A stretch of 24,000 bases of DNA, taken from NCBI RefSeq assembly GCF_023700755.1, contig NZ_JAMKOJ010000012.1, positions 99,492-123,491 on the forward strand. Reading direction: 5' to 3'. A program made the position numbers and the translations under genes. The stretch comes from Allorhizobium sonneratiae. GTDB lineage: Bacteria; Pseudomonadota; Alphaproteobacteria; Rhizobiales; Rhizobiaceae. The notes below the pieces were generated by a model. The model saw nothing but the letters and a program-made list of their open reading frames with translations. It had not been told where the DNA came from and made no database searches. This document shows positions 12,077 to 21,064 of the stretch, piece by piece; positions within the stretch are counted from its first letter, which is position 1; the number at the start of each line of letters is the position of its first letter.

Positions 12077-12100
12077 ACATGTCCTAAAGTTAGGACATGT
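12077..12100. promoter_or_regulatory. Perfect 11-bp inverted repeat with 2-nt spacer (candidate operator)
   Basis: ACATGTCCTAA-AG-TTAGGACATGT; both arms perfectly complementary, no T-tract, 115 nt upstream of the 12216 ORF. Confidence 0.6.
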
Positions 12101-12215
12101 CTGGGCGTAAGTCAACGTTTCGTTGATTGCGAGGGGGAGAGCATGATTTCGTAAAGTTTGTGAATTTATAGCAACAAAATATTGCAACCTATGATTTTTA
12201 AACTATTGTTTTGGT

Positions 12216-12932
12216 ATGAAGAATCGCGATATCCCTGATGAGGATCTGCTTTATTTGGTCGGCATAACTGACAAAGAACGGTTTGATGCGGGAGACGACA
12301 TCAAGGAACGATCGTGGAGTGTGCCTCAAGCTGTTATGGAAAAGCTTGGTTATGGCGTCGGTTATGCGATTGCCGGACACGGAAAACCTGAAATACTTCA
12401 AAGAATTGAAGATGCATTTGCGTCGATTTACCGTAAGCAGGATATTGCGATGGGAGGTCACATTGGCGTTTTCATGTATCGGGATATTTTCGCACGTATC
12501 GGCGTTCCGTATGTGAATGGTGAGAAAGCCGTTAACCCTTTTGAGTGGGTCGAGCTTACTCCGGTTCAGCTTATGATTATTAAAACGGAACAAGAGGAAG
12601 TTCAGACTTTTTTTGATCAGTTTTTAGACATAGCCGACGTTCAATACGGGACGGAGGAATTAAAGGAGCCGTTTGTCAACAACGAGCTTGTTGTTCGTTT
12701 TATTGGTCTTTCGCGGCTACATCTGCATTCTGCATCTGCTGTTTTAACAGGTGGCTACGATTATCGAGGGGCCGTACAGAGTTCTCTTCTTGCCACCGAA
12801 TTGGTGCTAAAGTCCGGCGCTGCGGCGCTAGGCTTAAACGAAGCTCAAATTAAAGCGCAATTCAGTCACAACAATACTAAAATTGCTGATTATGTTTGGG
12901 AGAGATGGAAAACGTTCGACGGTGCCCGGTAA
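12216..12932 (+). CDS. Uncharacterised 238-aa protein, probably the N-terminal ~79% of a frameshifted gene; possible HEPN-like C-terminal helices
   Basis: Single long ORF MKNRDIPDEDLLYLVGITDKERFDAGDD...GGYDYRGAVQSSLLATELVLKSGAAALGLNEAQIKAQFSHNNTKIADYVWERWKTFDGAR*. No match recognised with certainty. The terminal helical segment resembles HEPN-like domains only loosely. Confidence 0.65.
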   Translation: MKNRDIPDEDLLYLVGITDKERFDAGDDIKERSWSVPQAVMEKLGYGVGYAIAGHGKPEILQRIEDAFASIYRKQDIAMGGHIGVFMYRDIFARIGVPYVNGEKAVNPFEWVELTPVQLMIIKTEQEEVQTFFDQFLDIADVQYGTEELKEPFVNNELVVRFIGLSRLHLHSASAVLTGGYDYRGAVQSSLLATELVLKSGAAALGLNEAQIKAQFSHNNTKIADYVWERWKTFDGAR

Positions 12933-13120
12933 AGCGAGTCATTGAGACACAGCCTTCCTACACGCGCAACAGATACTCGGCCACACAACCCAATCGAAGA
13001 GATGTCGGTCATCTTGTTATGGGCGCTCAATACATTGTGTCGGAGGTTGTTAGGCAGATGTCAGACCGAAATTTCAGAAATGATACTCAGCCGTCTATGC
13101 CGCGACGCTATCCTGCGTAA
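12216..13120 (+). pseudogene. Reconstructed ~301-aa gene interrupted by a 1-nt frameshift near 12930
   Basis: Frame 12216 stops at 12930 (GCC CGG TAA). The -1 frame continues from GTA AAG CGA GTC ATT GAG to the stop at 13120, giving ...FDGAR|VKRVIETQPSYTRNRYSATQPNRRDVGHLVMGAQYIVSEVVRQMSDRNFRNDTQPSMPRRYPA. One extra G in CCCGG(G)TAAAG restores one frame of 906 nt. Confidence 0.5.
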
Positions 13121-13141
13121 CTAAGCATTTAAGCACCAAAA

Positions 13142-13168
13142 CAAAAAAGCCCGGCAGAACCGGGCTCT
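13142..13168 (-). terminator. Rho-independent terminator of trxA (minus strand)
   Basis: Plus strand ACAAAAAA-GCCCGG-cagaa-CCGGGC-TC; read on the minus strand, AGCCCGG/CCGGGCT is followed by TTTTTTGTTTT. Confidence 0.85.
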
Positions 13169-13194
13169 TTGCAATCAACCTTTTGCCGCTCCAC

Positions 13195-13515
13195 TCACGC
13201 AGCGCCGGAAATCCAGCTTGTCAGCGCCGTCTTCGGGGCGGCACCGACCTTGATATCGGCAACTTCACCGCCCTTGAACATGGCCAGTGTCGGGATGGAG
13301 CGCACGCCGAATTTGGCGGCGAGTTCCGGGTTTTCGTCAATGTTGAGCTTGGCGATCTTGACCTTGCCGTTCATTTCATTGGCGATTTCGTCGAGGGCGG
13401 GGGCGATCATCTTGCACGGGCCGCACCATTCCGCCCAGAAATCCACGACGACAGGCTGGGAGGACTGGAGAACTTCTGCCTCGAAATTGGACGTATCGAC
13501 TTTTACGGTAGCCAT
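13195..13515 (-). CDS. trxA: Thioredoxin
   Basis: [83 protein letters not shown]..., with the WCGPC active site; AAGGAG Shine-Dalgarno upstream of the ATG at 13515. Confidence 0.97.
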   Translation of the reverse strand: MATVKVDTSNFEAEVLQSSQPVVVDFWAEWCGPCKMIAPALDEIANEMNGKVKIAKLNIDENPELAAKFGVRSIPTLAMFKGGEVADIKVGAAPKTALTSWISGAA

Positions 13516-13573
13516 AGGCTGCTCCTTGGAGGAAAGTGTCTGTGACACATATATGATGGTTATGGATCAGATT

Positions 13574-16500
13574 TCAATCATCTGTTTGCCGAGTAGCCTG
13601 GTGTGAAGGCTGAAGTGATGTGAGCGCATGGCTGAGCGCTGTTTCATCCAGCGCAATCACATGCGGGCCTTCGGTGTAGATCAGCAGGCAATCGATCGTC
13701 TTTCCCGGATAAAGCGGTTTCAGCACCTCGCGATAGATGGCAAGCTGGGCCACATGGGCAGGCGGCACATCGGCGCTTCGGGCAGGCGGTTTGCGGTTGG
13801 TCTTGTAATCGGCCAGAAGCACCCGGCTTCCCGTTACGGCCAGCCGGTCGATCCTGCCGGAGACGGCGCGCTCTTCGCGGCCCAGCCGGATCGTGCCCAT
13901 CACCGTCACTTCCGCCTCGGATTGGGGGCTGAACAGCGCCGTCAGCGCCGGATCGTTCAAAAGCCGCATCACCCCGTCAACCATGTTCTCGCGCTCGGCC
14001 TCTGGCCAAAGCCGTGCTGCGCGTTCGCTGTAGCGGCGCGCGGCGGCCTCGCGCTCACCGTCTTCCAGAGCGGGCAGCATTTGCAGCATCCGGTGAATGA
14101 GGCGGCCCTTTTGCAGGGCAAGACCCGCATCCTCGCCGGGGCTGAACAGCGGCGAGGTCAGCATCAGGTCGCCTTCCGCCTCATCCACCGCAAGCCCGTT
14201 GCCGGACGGGCTCAAAGGTCGGGGTAAGCGCGGTGGCGGCGGTGGCGGCGTGAGCAGGGCCGCAGGCAGCGTGTCGTCGGGCGCCCGTTCCGGCGTTTGC
14301 TCGGCCTCCGTCACGGCAAAGCTTTTCGCCTCGGTTTCCCAGACCAGCCCCTCCCAGCGTTCCGGTCCTGCGGCAAAGCTTTCGGCCCGGCAGTGGCTTA
14401 TATCAGCCTCCAGGGCCGTGAAAATCATCTTGTGCCAGGTGTCGCCCTGATCCAGCTTGCCGCGATAGCCGCAGACGATCAGCCGGTCGGCGGCCCGGGT
14501 CATGCCGACATAGAGCAGGCGGCGATATTCTTCTTCGGTCGCCGCCTTGCGCCGTGCAAGATCCTCAGCCGTCACCGCGCAATCCACCGCCTTGGTCGGC
14601 ACCCAGATCGGGCATTCCGCTGCGCCTGCCTCGGCAGGCAGCATGCGGAATTTCGCCAGATGCGTATGGTTAAAGGCTTTCGAGCCGTCATCGACCAGAA
14701 ACACCACCGGCGCTTCCAGCCCCTTGGAGGCGTGCACGGTCATGATCCTGACTTCGCTTGCTTCCTGATCCTGCTCGCGCTTGACCTCCGGCGAGTCCTG
14801 CTCCAGCGTGGTGATGAAGGATTGGAGGCCCGGCAGGCCTGCCTGTTCATGGGCAAGCGCAAAACTCAAAAATTCATCGAGAATATCGCTGACTTCGCTG
14901 CCAAGCCGGGCGAGATAGGCCCGCCGTCCGCCAAAGGGGCCGAGCACGCGGGCATAAAAATCATGCGGCGGCAGGGTTTCCGACAGTGCGCGATAGGTCT
15001 GAAGCCGGGTAAGGACTGTCTTCCACGGTTCATCGCCCGCCTCTGCCCGCTTTTGCAATTCGGCAAAGACGGTGTGCTCGCCACGCTCTGCGGCAAGGGT
15101 GAAAATATCCTCTTCCGTCAGGTTGAAGAGCGGGCTTTTCATCAGCGCCGCCAGCGACAGATCATCGGCGGAAAGCAGGACGAAACGGCCGAGTGCCATC
15201 AGATCCTGCACGGCGATATGGCCGGTCAGCCGCAAACGGTCGGCCCCGGCCACGGGTATGGTGCCGCGTCGTTTCAAGGCGCGCGTCAGCGCCGTGACAA
15301 AGCCGCCGCGCTTGCGCACCAGCACCAGAATGTCGCCTGCTTCCACGCGCCGGGCTACACCCTTTTCAATAATTGTGTCGCGGCCAATCATCGCCTCGAT
15401 GGTCAGCGCAATGCGCCGGGCGAGCAGGGCCGGCGGTGCATTTTCCGGCGTGGCGTCGAACGGGGCGGTCCAGTCGGCGTCGTTTTCGCTGGTTTCGGCG
15501 GCGATCATCTCCCATACCTCGACCCGGCCCGGATGCTGGCTGCGGCTTGAGACATGCACCACCGGCTCGTTGACGGCAGAGAGACCCCGGGCATTGTCCG
15601 GCACCGAAAACACCTGATCGACGGCAGAGAGAACCGCCGAAGTCGAGCGGAAGGAGAGCGGCAGGCGGATGGCGGAAAATGCCGCCTGTCCGCCCGTCAC
15701 TTCGCGTTCGGTTGCCCGCGCCTCCTCGGAAAAGCGCTCGGGCCGCGCGCCCTGAAACGAATAGATCGACTGTTTTTCATCGCCCACGGCAAAGAAGCTG
15801 CGCTGAACGCCGGGTCTGGCGCCCTGGCCGGAGAAAAAATCATCGCGCAGCGCCCGGATGACCGCCCATTGCACGGGGCTGGTGTCCTGCGCTTCATCGA
15901 CGAGAATGTGGTCGATGCCCTGATCGAGCTTGTAATGGACCCAGGGGCCGACATCGCCGCGGGTGAGAAGCTCGGCAGCGCGGGCAATCAGATCCTCGAA
16001 ATCGAGCTTGCTGGAGCGTTTTTTCAGGTCTTCATAATCGCCATTCAGCCGTTCGGCCAGCGTCACAGCCGCCTGCGTCGCCTTGTAAAGCCGGAAGACT
16101 TTCAATCGGGCCTGACAGGCCACCACATGATCGCGCCCCTCTACAACAGCCTCGGCCAGATGCGGCGCGGCCTTGGTCATGGCAGACGCAATCAGCGTCG
16201 AATCGGCCTTGGGCTTGCCAGCACTGGTGAAAAACGCCTCTTCCAGCAGGCGCACACGGCGGAAGGCATCGTGTTCACGCACGGCCTGTTCCAGCAGGCT
16301 GGCAATGGCCTGAACTTTCACGCCCCCCTTGCTGAAGGCAAGATCAATGTAGCTGGAAAGCACCGGTCCGTTGAAACCGGGAAGGGGCCAGAAGGCCTCG
16401 GCAAGGCCGGTCTCGGTGTCATGGCCGGAGAGGCCGAAGCGTTGCCGCAGGAACCGGTCGATGCTGCCTGATGTGCCGGTTCTTGCGAGAAACTGCCGCA

Positions 16501-17143
16501 CGGCGTGGCGGTTGGACACAATATCGGCGAGCAGGTTTTCCAGCCCGAATTCATCGCCAATGCTCAAGACTTCGGCAAAGGCCTCGGCCAGAGCGGCATC
16601 GTCTTCCGTTGCGGTGGCCGTCAGGAGCAGACGCCGCGCCTCGGCCAAAAGCACGGAGGCGGCGCTGTCATCGAGCACGGAAAAATGCCCGGCTACATTG
16701 GCCTCCAATGGAAACTGATGCAGCAGCGCCTCGCAAAAAGCGTGAATGGTCTGGATTTTCAGCCCGCCCGGCGTTTCCAGCGCCCGGGCAAACAGCCGTC
16801 GCGCCTCGGCAATCTTGATCCGGTTCGGCGGCTTTCGCTCGATCTCCTGGATGCGGGCGGCAAGGGCGTCATCCGTCAGGGTGGCCCATTCCGCCAGCCG
16901 GCTGAAGACGCGGTTTGACATTTCCGAGGCCGCCGCCTTGGTATAGGTCAGGCAGAGAATGGAAGAGGGGCGGGCACCTGCCAGCAGCAGGCGGATGACG
17001 CGCTGCGTCAGCACATGGGTCTTGCCCGATCCGGCATTGGCCGAAACCCAGGCCGAGCGGGCGGGATCGGAAGCCAGCGCCTGCTGGCGCGTCGTCCAGT
17101 CGATGGGGTTTTCGCCTTCTGGCAGAAAAGCGGTCTCACGCAT
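13574..17143 (-). CDS. addA: Double-strand break repair helicase/nuclease AddA (alphaproteobacterial type)
   Basis: SANAGSGKTHVLTQRVIRLLLAGARPSSILCLTYTKAAASEM, LDFEDLI, HILVDEAQDTSPVQW, FFAVGDEKQSIYSFQGARPE, IMTVHASKGLEAPVVFLVDD, EYRRLLYVGMTRAADRLIVCG, and C-terminal nuclease residues (ADYKTNR). Exact start uncertain (17143 or 17152); the track's 17221 overlaps addB excessively. Confidence 0.93.
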   Translation of the reverse strand: MRETAFLPEGENPIDWTTRQQALASDPARSAWVSANAGSGKTHVLTQRVIRLLLAGARPSSILCLTYTKAAASEMSNRVFSRLAEWATLTDDALAARIQEIERKPPNRIKIAEARRLFARALETPGGLKIQTIHAFCEALLHQFPLEANVAGHFSVLDDSAASVLLAEARRLLLTATATEDDAALAEAFAEVLSIGDEFGLENLLADIVSNRHAVRQFLARTGTSGSIDRFLRQRFGLSGHDTETGLAEAFWPLPGFNGPVLSSYIDLAFSKGGVKVQAIASLLEQAVREHDAFRRVRLLEEAFFTSAGKPKADSTLIASAMTKAAPHLAEAVVEGRDHVVACQARLKVFRLYKATQAAVTLAERLNGDYEDLKKRSSKLDFEDLIARAAELLTRGDVGPWVHYKLDQGIDHILVDEAQDTSPVQWAVIRALRDDFFSGQGARPGVQRSFFAVGDEKQSIYSFQGARPERFSEEARATEREVTGGQAAFSAIRLPLSFRSTSAVLSAVDQVFSVPDNARGLSAVNEPVVHVSSRSQHPGRVEVWEMIAAETSENDADWTAPFDATPENAPPALLARRIALTIEAMIGRDTIIEKGVARRVEAGDILVLVRKRGGFVTALTRALKRRGTIPVAGADRLRLTGHIAVQDLMALGRFVLLSADDLSLAALMKSPLFNLTEEDIFTLAAERGEHTVFAELQKRAEAGDEPWKTVLTRLQTYRALSETLPPHDFYARVLGPFGGRRAYLARLGSEVSDILDEFLSFALAHEQAGLPGLQSFITTLEQDSPEVKREQDQEASEVRIMTVHASKGLEAPVVFLVDDGSKAFNHTHLAKFRMLPAEAGAAECPIWVPTKAVDCAVTAEDLARRKAATEEEYRRLLYVGMTRAADRLIVCGYRGKLDQGDTWHKMIFTALEADISHCRAESFAAGPERWEGLVWETEAKSFAVTEAEQTPERAPDDTLPAALLTPPPPPPRLPRPLSPSGNGLAVDEAEGDLMLTSPLFSPGEDAGLALQKGRLIHRMLQMLPALEDGEREAAARRYSERAARLWPEAERENMVDGVMRLLNDPALTALFSPQSEAEVTVMGTIRLGREERAVSGRIDRLAVTGSRVLLADYKTNRKPPARSADVPPAHVAQLAIYREVLKPLYPGKTIDCLLIYTEGPHVIALDETALSHALTSLQPSHQATRQTDD

Positions 17144-20100
17144 CCTCGCCATCCTCCGCAGCATCGGCCGTCGACCACTCCGCCACCCGGGCAAGATGGT
17201 CGTAATCGCCGCCATAATCATTCTGTTTGGCCGGCATCAGCCGGGAGACAAAGCCGCGTTTGCCCGTCTGCAAAAGGGTGACGAAGCGGCTCAGCTGATC
17301 GACGGCTTCTTCCGCCAGATCGATGGCGGATTTCGCCTTGTCCGCCTTTGCGGTCAGCTCGTTATTGACGGTTTCCGCATCGAAACGGCTGCCGGGGCGC
17401 AGCCGCACATAGATGAGATTGTCGGGAAAGAGCCGTCCGGCATCGCGAAAGCCGCCGCGCATCAGCGCTGCCGCTTCCAGCGCCAGCTGTGGATCGATCA
17501 GGCTGCGGGCGACATTTTTGCTGGGGTTCGACCCGGTCTTGTAATCGATGATATCGGCATGACCGGCGCGAATGTCGAGCCGGTCGGCAATGCCGGTCAG
17601 CCGGATGCCGATATTGTCCAGCTCGACACCGGCTCTGGCCTCGGTGATGATTTTGGCCGGATCGCGCCCCCGCTGCCAGGCAATCAGCTCGCGCCCGACA
17701 TCGCGGAAACGCCTGCGCCAGACCACATCGATATGCGTCGGCAGGCCCTCCTCGTCAAAGGCGGTATTGGCGATCTCCTGCATCAGCCTTTCGGCCTCCG
17801 GTCCCATTTGATCAGGGCATGCAGAGATGAAGCGCTCGACAATTCTGTGGTAAAGCGTGCCGCGTTCGGCCGCACCCGGATCGGTGTTGAAGGGATGAAC
17901 CGGATCGAGCTTGAGAATACGCCGCGCATAGATGGCATAAGGGTCGCGGCGCAGCACCGAGACCTCGCTGAAGGAATAGGATTTCGGCTGAAGAGTGACA
18001 GGCGGCTTCGGTTCCGGTCGTTCTGCCGGGGGCTCGGAAGGGGCCTGATCGAGCAGCCCGGCCCAATGGCGATAGCAGGCGCCGCGTTCTTTCAGCTGAT
18101 CGGCAAAACCCTTGCCGCCAAGTGCCAGCAGGCGCTGGAGAAAGCGTGAGGTGACGGTCGGGGCCGATCCCTGGCGCAGCGCCCGCGAATAGATCAGCCT
18201 GCGGGCGCCATTCGCCATTTCAAAGTCATGGGCAAGCTGGCCGATCTGCCGTTCCGGCGGTTCCAGCCCGAGATCGGTTTTCATGCCGCGCGACAGAAAA
18301 GGATTGTTGGAGGCCGAACCCGGCCAGGAGCCTTCGTTCAAGCCGCCCAGCACCATGGTATCGACGCTTTGCAGGCGTGATTCCATTGCCCCGAAAATGA
18401 AGACGCGCGGATGGCGCAGCGAGCGCGGCTTGACCGACAGGCTGGCGGCAAGGGCGGCGACAATATCGATCCATTGCGGGCCATCGGCATGGATCGTGCC
18501 GTCGGTTTCCATGATTTCGCTGAGGAGCTGGGCAAGACACTGCCCGGCTTCGCCGGCCCAAAGCAGCGAGAGATCGCCGGTTTCACTTTTGGCGATGGCT
18601 TCCAGCACCCGGCCGGTGCGTTCGGCCCAGTCGCGCACGGCAAGTCTGGAGGTGAAGCGCGATCCATCGCCATGGGCAACGACATGGCCCGCCAGCGGCT
18701 CGACCGCTCTGGCAACGGCAACCGTGAGTGCGCGGGCTTTTTCCTTCACCGCATCGGGAATATATTTGCGCCAATGCGGCGGATGCCGGTCTTCTGCCTG
18801 CGCCAGCCATTGCCGCTCGAACAGTGAGGTGAGTTCGGCGATATCGACACTTGCGGTCGAGCCGCGCAACGCCACGGCTTCCAGTGCGTCTGCCGCTTCC
18901 CGCAAGCCCTCTTCCGGCAGGCCGAAGCGCGCCAGCGGATGGTTGAGGAGCGAAACGACCGCCACCGGATCGCCGGGTCTGAGACAGGCCTCCAGCGTCA
19001 GTGTCAGCAACATGCCCTGCGGCGTCGAGGAAAAGGGCGTACCGGCCGAATCGTCGGCCTCGATGCCGAAGCGCGTCAGCTCCGCCGTCACCCGGCGGGC
19101 GAGATTGCGGTCCGGCGTGATCAGGGCCGCCCGGCTTTCGCCGCCATCGGCTTTCGGTTCGGCCAGCGCCATGCGCAGCGCCACCGCAATTGCCAGCGCT
19201 TCTTCCCGTTCATTGGCCGTTTCGATCAACGCGACATCGGCAAAGGCGGCGGCGAAACGGGCATCGCCAAACTCTTCCCGCCACGCGGTCCAGCTGTCGG
19301 TGGCCTTGGCCGGGGCAAGGGCGCGGGAGATGATTTCCGCCCGGTCCTGAAGATCGCTCGGGCCGGTTTCGAGTGCAGCGACATCGTCGCGGTTCAATTG
19401 CAGCTTGCCGAGCAGACGGTGCAGACCATATTGCGGATGGGTGCGCGCCGTGGGTTCGGGCGGCAGACCGGGCGGCTGCTCGCCGCCGACCAGTTGCCAT
19501 TGGTCTTCCGGCAAGGTCTTGTCCAAGCCGGGCAGGACGATGACGCCTTGCGGCAGGCTGGCGACGGTGGCTATCAACTGGGCAGCGGAGGGAATAGCCC
19601 CGGTCGAGCCGGCAACGATCACCGGCCCCGTCTGCGGCAGTTTCATCAGCCGTTCGCGCTCGGCCTGAAGCAAAGCGTTGCGGTGGCGCATTGGCGAGGA
19701 CCGGTTCAGCTCCTCCAGCCGCAGCGGCCAGAACGCGCTGGCAATGCGCAGGAATTCCAGCGTCAATTGCCACCAGGCGGCAAAGTCACGGGCATCGAGC
19801 TGGTCGAGATCGGCCCAGTCGCGCTCTTCCGTTTCCATGGCGTCGATCAGTTCGACCAGGGAACGGGCAAGCCAGACCGCATCTGCCGGGCTTGCCGGGG
19901 CCACCAGCGGCGTATCGGCATGAATGCTGCGGACAATCTCCGGCAGGCGGTTGCGCCAGGCCAGAATGAGTTCGCCCAGTTCCAGAAGCCGGGCGACATT
20001 GCTGATCGGCGGCGCCAGATCGATGAGGGCAGGGCTTTCGGCATCGAAATAGCCGGTGTCTTCCTCGGCTTCTCCGAGTGGCCGGATCACCGGCAGAATA

Positions 20101-20306
20101 GCGGATTTTCCGCCGAGGATATCGACGAATTCAGAGCGCAAGACACGCACGGCGCGCCGCGTCGGCAAAAGAATGGTGACCTTTGACAATGACAGCGGAT
20201 CGGCGGGATCATAGCGATAGCCGGGAGCAAGCCGCCCGTCACAGAGCGCGCGGGCGATCAGCCTGAGAAAGGGCTCGGATGGCGGAACGGTCCAGAACCG
20301 GGCCAT
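17136..20306 (-). CDS. addB: Double-strand break repair protein AddB (alphaproteobacterial type)
   Basis: LSKVTILLPTRRAVRVLRSEFVDIL, VFIFGAMESRLQSVDTMVLGGLNEGSWPGSASNNPFLSRGMKTDLGLEPPERQIGQLAHDF, ITGIADRLDIRAGHADIIDYKTG; adjacent to addA. Confidence 0.93.
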   Translation of the reverse strand: MARFWTVPPSEPFLRLIARALCDGRLAPGYRYDPADPLSLSKVTILLPTRRAVRVLRSEFVDILGGKSAILPVIRPLGEAEEDTGYFDAESPALIDLAPPISNVARLLELGELILAWRNRLPEIVRSIHADTPLVAPASPADAVWLARSLVELIDAMETEERDWADLDQLDARDFAAWWQLTLEFLRIASAFWPLRLEELNRSSPMRHRNALLQAERERLMKLPQTGPVIVAGSTGAIPSAAQLIATVASLPQGVIVLPGLDKTLPEDQWQLVGGEQPPGLPPEPTARTHPQYGLHRLLGKLQLNRDDVAALETGPSDLQDRAEIISRALAPAKATDSWTAWREEFGDARFAAAFADVALIETANEREEALAIAVALRMALAEPKADGGESRAALITPDRNLARRVTAELTRFGIEADDSAGTPFSSTPQGMLLTLTLEACLRPGDPVAVVSLLNHPLARFGLPEEGLREAADALEAVALRGSTASVDIAELTSLFERQWLAQAEDRHPPHWRKYIPDAVKEKARALTVAVARAVEPLAGHVVAHGDGSRFTSRLAVRDWAERTGRVLEAIAKSETGDLSLLWAGEAGQCLAQLLSEIMETDGTIHADGPQWIDIVAALAASLSVKPRSLRHPRVFIFGAMESRLQSVDTMVLGGLNEGSWPGSASNNPFLSRGMKTDLGLEPPERQIGQLAHDFEMANGARRLIYSRALRQGSAPTVTSRFLQRLLALGGKGFADQLKERGACYRHWAGLLDQAPSEPPAERPEPKPPVTLQPKSYSFSEVSVLRRDPYAIYARRILKLDPVHPFNTDPGAAERGTLYHRIVERFISACPDQMGPEAERLMQEIANTAFDEEGLPTHIDVVWRRRFRDVGRELIAWQRGRDPAKIITEARAGVELDNIGIRLTGIADRLDIRAGHADIIDYKTGSNPSKNVARSLIDPQLALEAAALMRGGFRDAGRLFPDNLIYVRLRPGSRFDAETVNNELTAKADKAKSAIDLAEEAVDQLSRFVTLLQTGKRGFVSRLMPAKQNDYGGDYDHLARVAEWSTADAAEDGEDA

Positions 20307-20309
20307 GGC

Positions 20310-21041
20310 TTATGCCTTTTCATCAAAAGCTGTCATCACCGCCTCGGCCTCGCCGATTGCATCGGGCGTGCCGACGGTCAGCCAGTGGCCTTGCAGGGGC
20401 AGGCCGAACAGGCGGCGACGGGCAATCGCCTTGTCAAACAGCAGGTTGAGATTGAACGCCCCCTCCGGCGCATCGTCAAGCAAGGCGGAATGCAGCGCCA
20501 GAGCCCCGGCATAGACGACCGGATTGGCGTCACCGTCCTTGTAACGGCTCAGGCGACCATCGGTGCCGAGATGAAAATCCTTCGTGCCATTATGGCCGGT
20601 GGTCTGGTCGAGCCGCACCGTCAGCATGGCCATATCCATGGTGTCGGGATCGAAGAAACGGGCGAGGCGTTCGAGATTGGTCGGCTGGCCCTCAGGCTCA
20701 CCGATCCAGAAGAGATCGGCATTCATCACCAGAACCTGGCCGGGCGGTAGCAGAGAAACGCCTTTGACAAGCCCGCCGCCATTGTTGAGAAGCCGCTCTT
20801 CTTCGTCGGACAGCAGGATAGCCGGCGTCTCGCGCCTGGCAAGATGATCCCGCATCTGACCGGCGAAATGGTGGAGATTGACCACTGCCGTCTCGACACC
20901 CGCCATTTCCAGATGGTCGAGCGCATAATCGATCAGCGCCTTGCCCTTCACCTTGACCAGCGGTTTCGGCATGGTGTCCGTAATGGGCCGCATCCGTGTG
21001 CCAAGGCCAGCGGCCAGCACCATTGCCTGTGTGATGGTCAT
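20310..21041 (-). CDS. murU: Sugar-1-phosphate nucleotidyltransferase, MurU-like (N-acetylmuramate alpha-1-phosphate uridylyltransferase)
   Basis: MTITQAMVLAAGLGTRMRPITDTMPKPLVKVKGKALIDYALDHLEMAGVETAVVNLHHFAGQMRDHL...; adjacency to an AmgK-like kinase supports MurU over other nucleotidyltransferases. Confidence 0.75.
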   Translation of the reverse strand: MTITQAMVLAAGLGTRMRPITDTMPKPLVKVKGKALIDYALDHLEMAGVETAVVNLHHFAGQMRDHLARRETPAILLSDEEERLLNNGGGLVKGVSLLPPGQVLVMNADLFWIGEPEGQPTNLERLARFFDPDTMDMAMLTVRLDQTTGHNGTKDFHLGTDGRLSRYKDGDANPVVYAGALALHSALLDDAPEGAFNLNLLFDKAIARRRLFGLPLQGHWLTVGTPDAIGEAEAVMTAFDEKA

Positions 21042-21064
21042 GACGTCCTGTTGTTCAAGTCTTT

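Noticed and set aside
12077-12100. Interpretation of the inverted repeat as a Rho-independent terminator or mobile-element terminal repeat
   Set aside because: The loop is only 2 nt, there is no T-tract, and no flanking transposase or paired distant copy was seen.
11632-12593. Minus-strand ORFs 11632..11949, 11882..12187 and 12198..12593 in the accessory segment, considered as antitoxin candidates
   Set aside because: Two are mainly antisense to the plus-strand ORFs. The 11882..12187 ORF crosses the terminator and the inverted repeats. No ribosome-binding site or antitoxin-like motif was convincing.
12900-12932. Programmed -1 ribosomal frameshifting at the end of the 238-aa ORF
   Set aside because: No canonical slippery heptamer in the correct phase (TGG AAA ACG TTC GAC GGT GCC CGG TAA) and no evident downstream pseudoknot. 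Kept only as a minor alternative to a simple indel.
12896-13120. The 74-aa ORF as an independent small gene (e.g. an antitoxin)
   Set aside because: No Shine-Dalgarno for the TTG/ATG starts, and its first ~9 codons overlap the upstream gene. The sequence reads more naturally as the C-terminus of the frameshifted upstream protein, though an independent product is not excluded.
13628-20186. Plus-strand ORFs of 199-417 aa opposite addA/addB (e.g. 14297..15550, 16959..18149, 18283..19350, 18939..20186)
   Set aside because: Antisense shadow ORFs over AddA/AddB; no recognisable domains, and sense-strand protein motifs are unambiguous.
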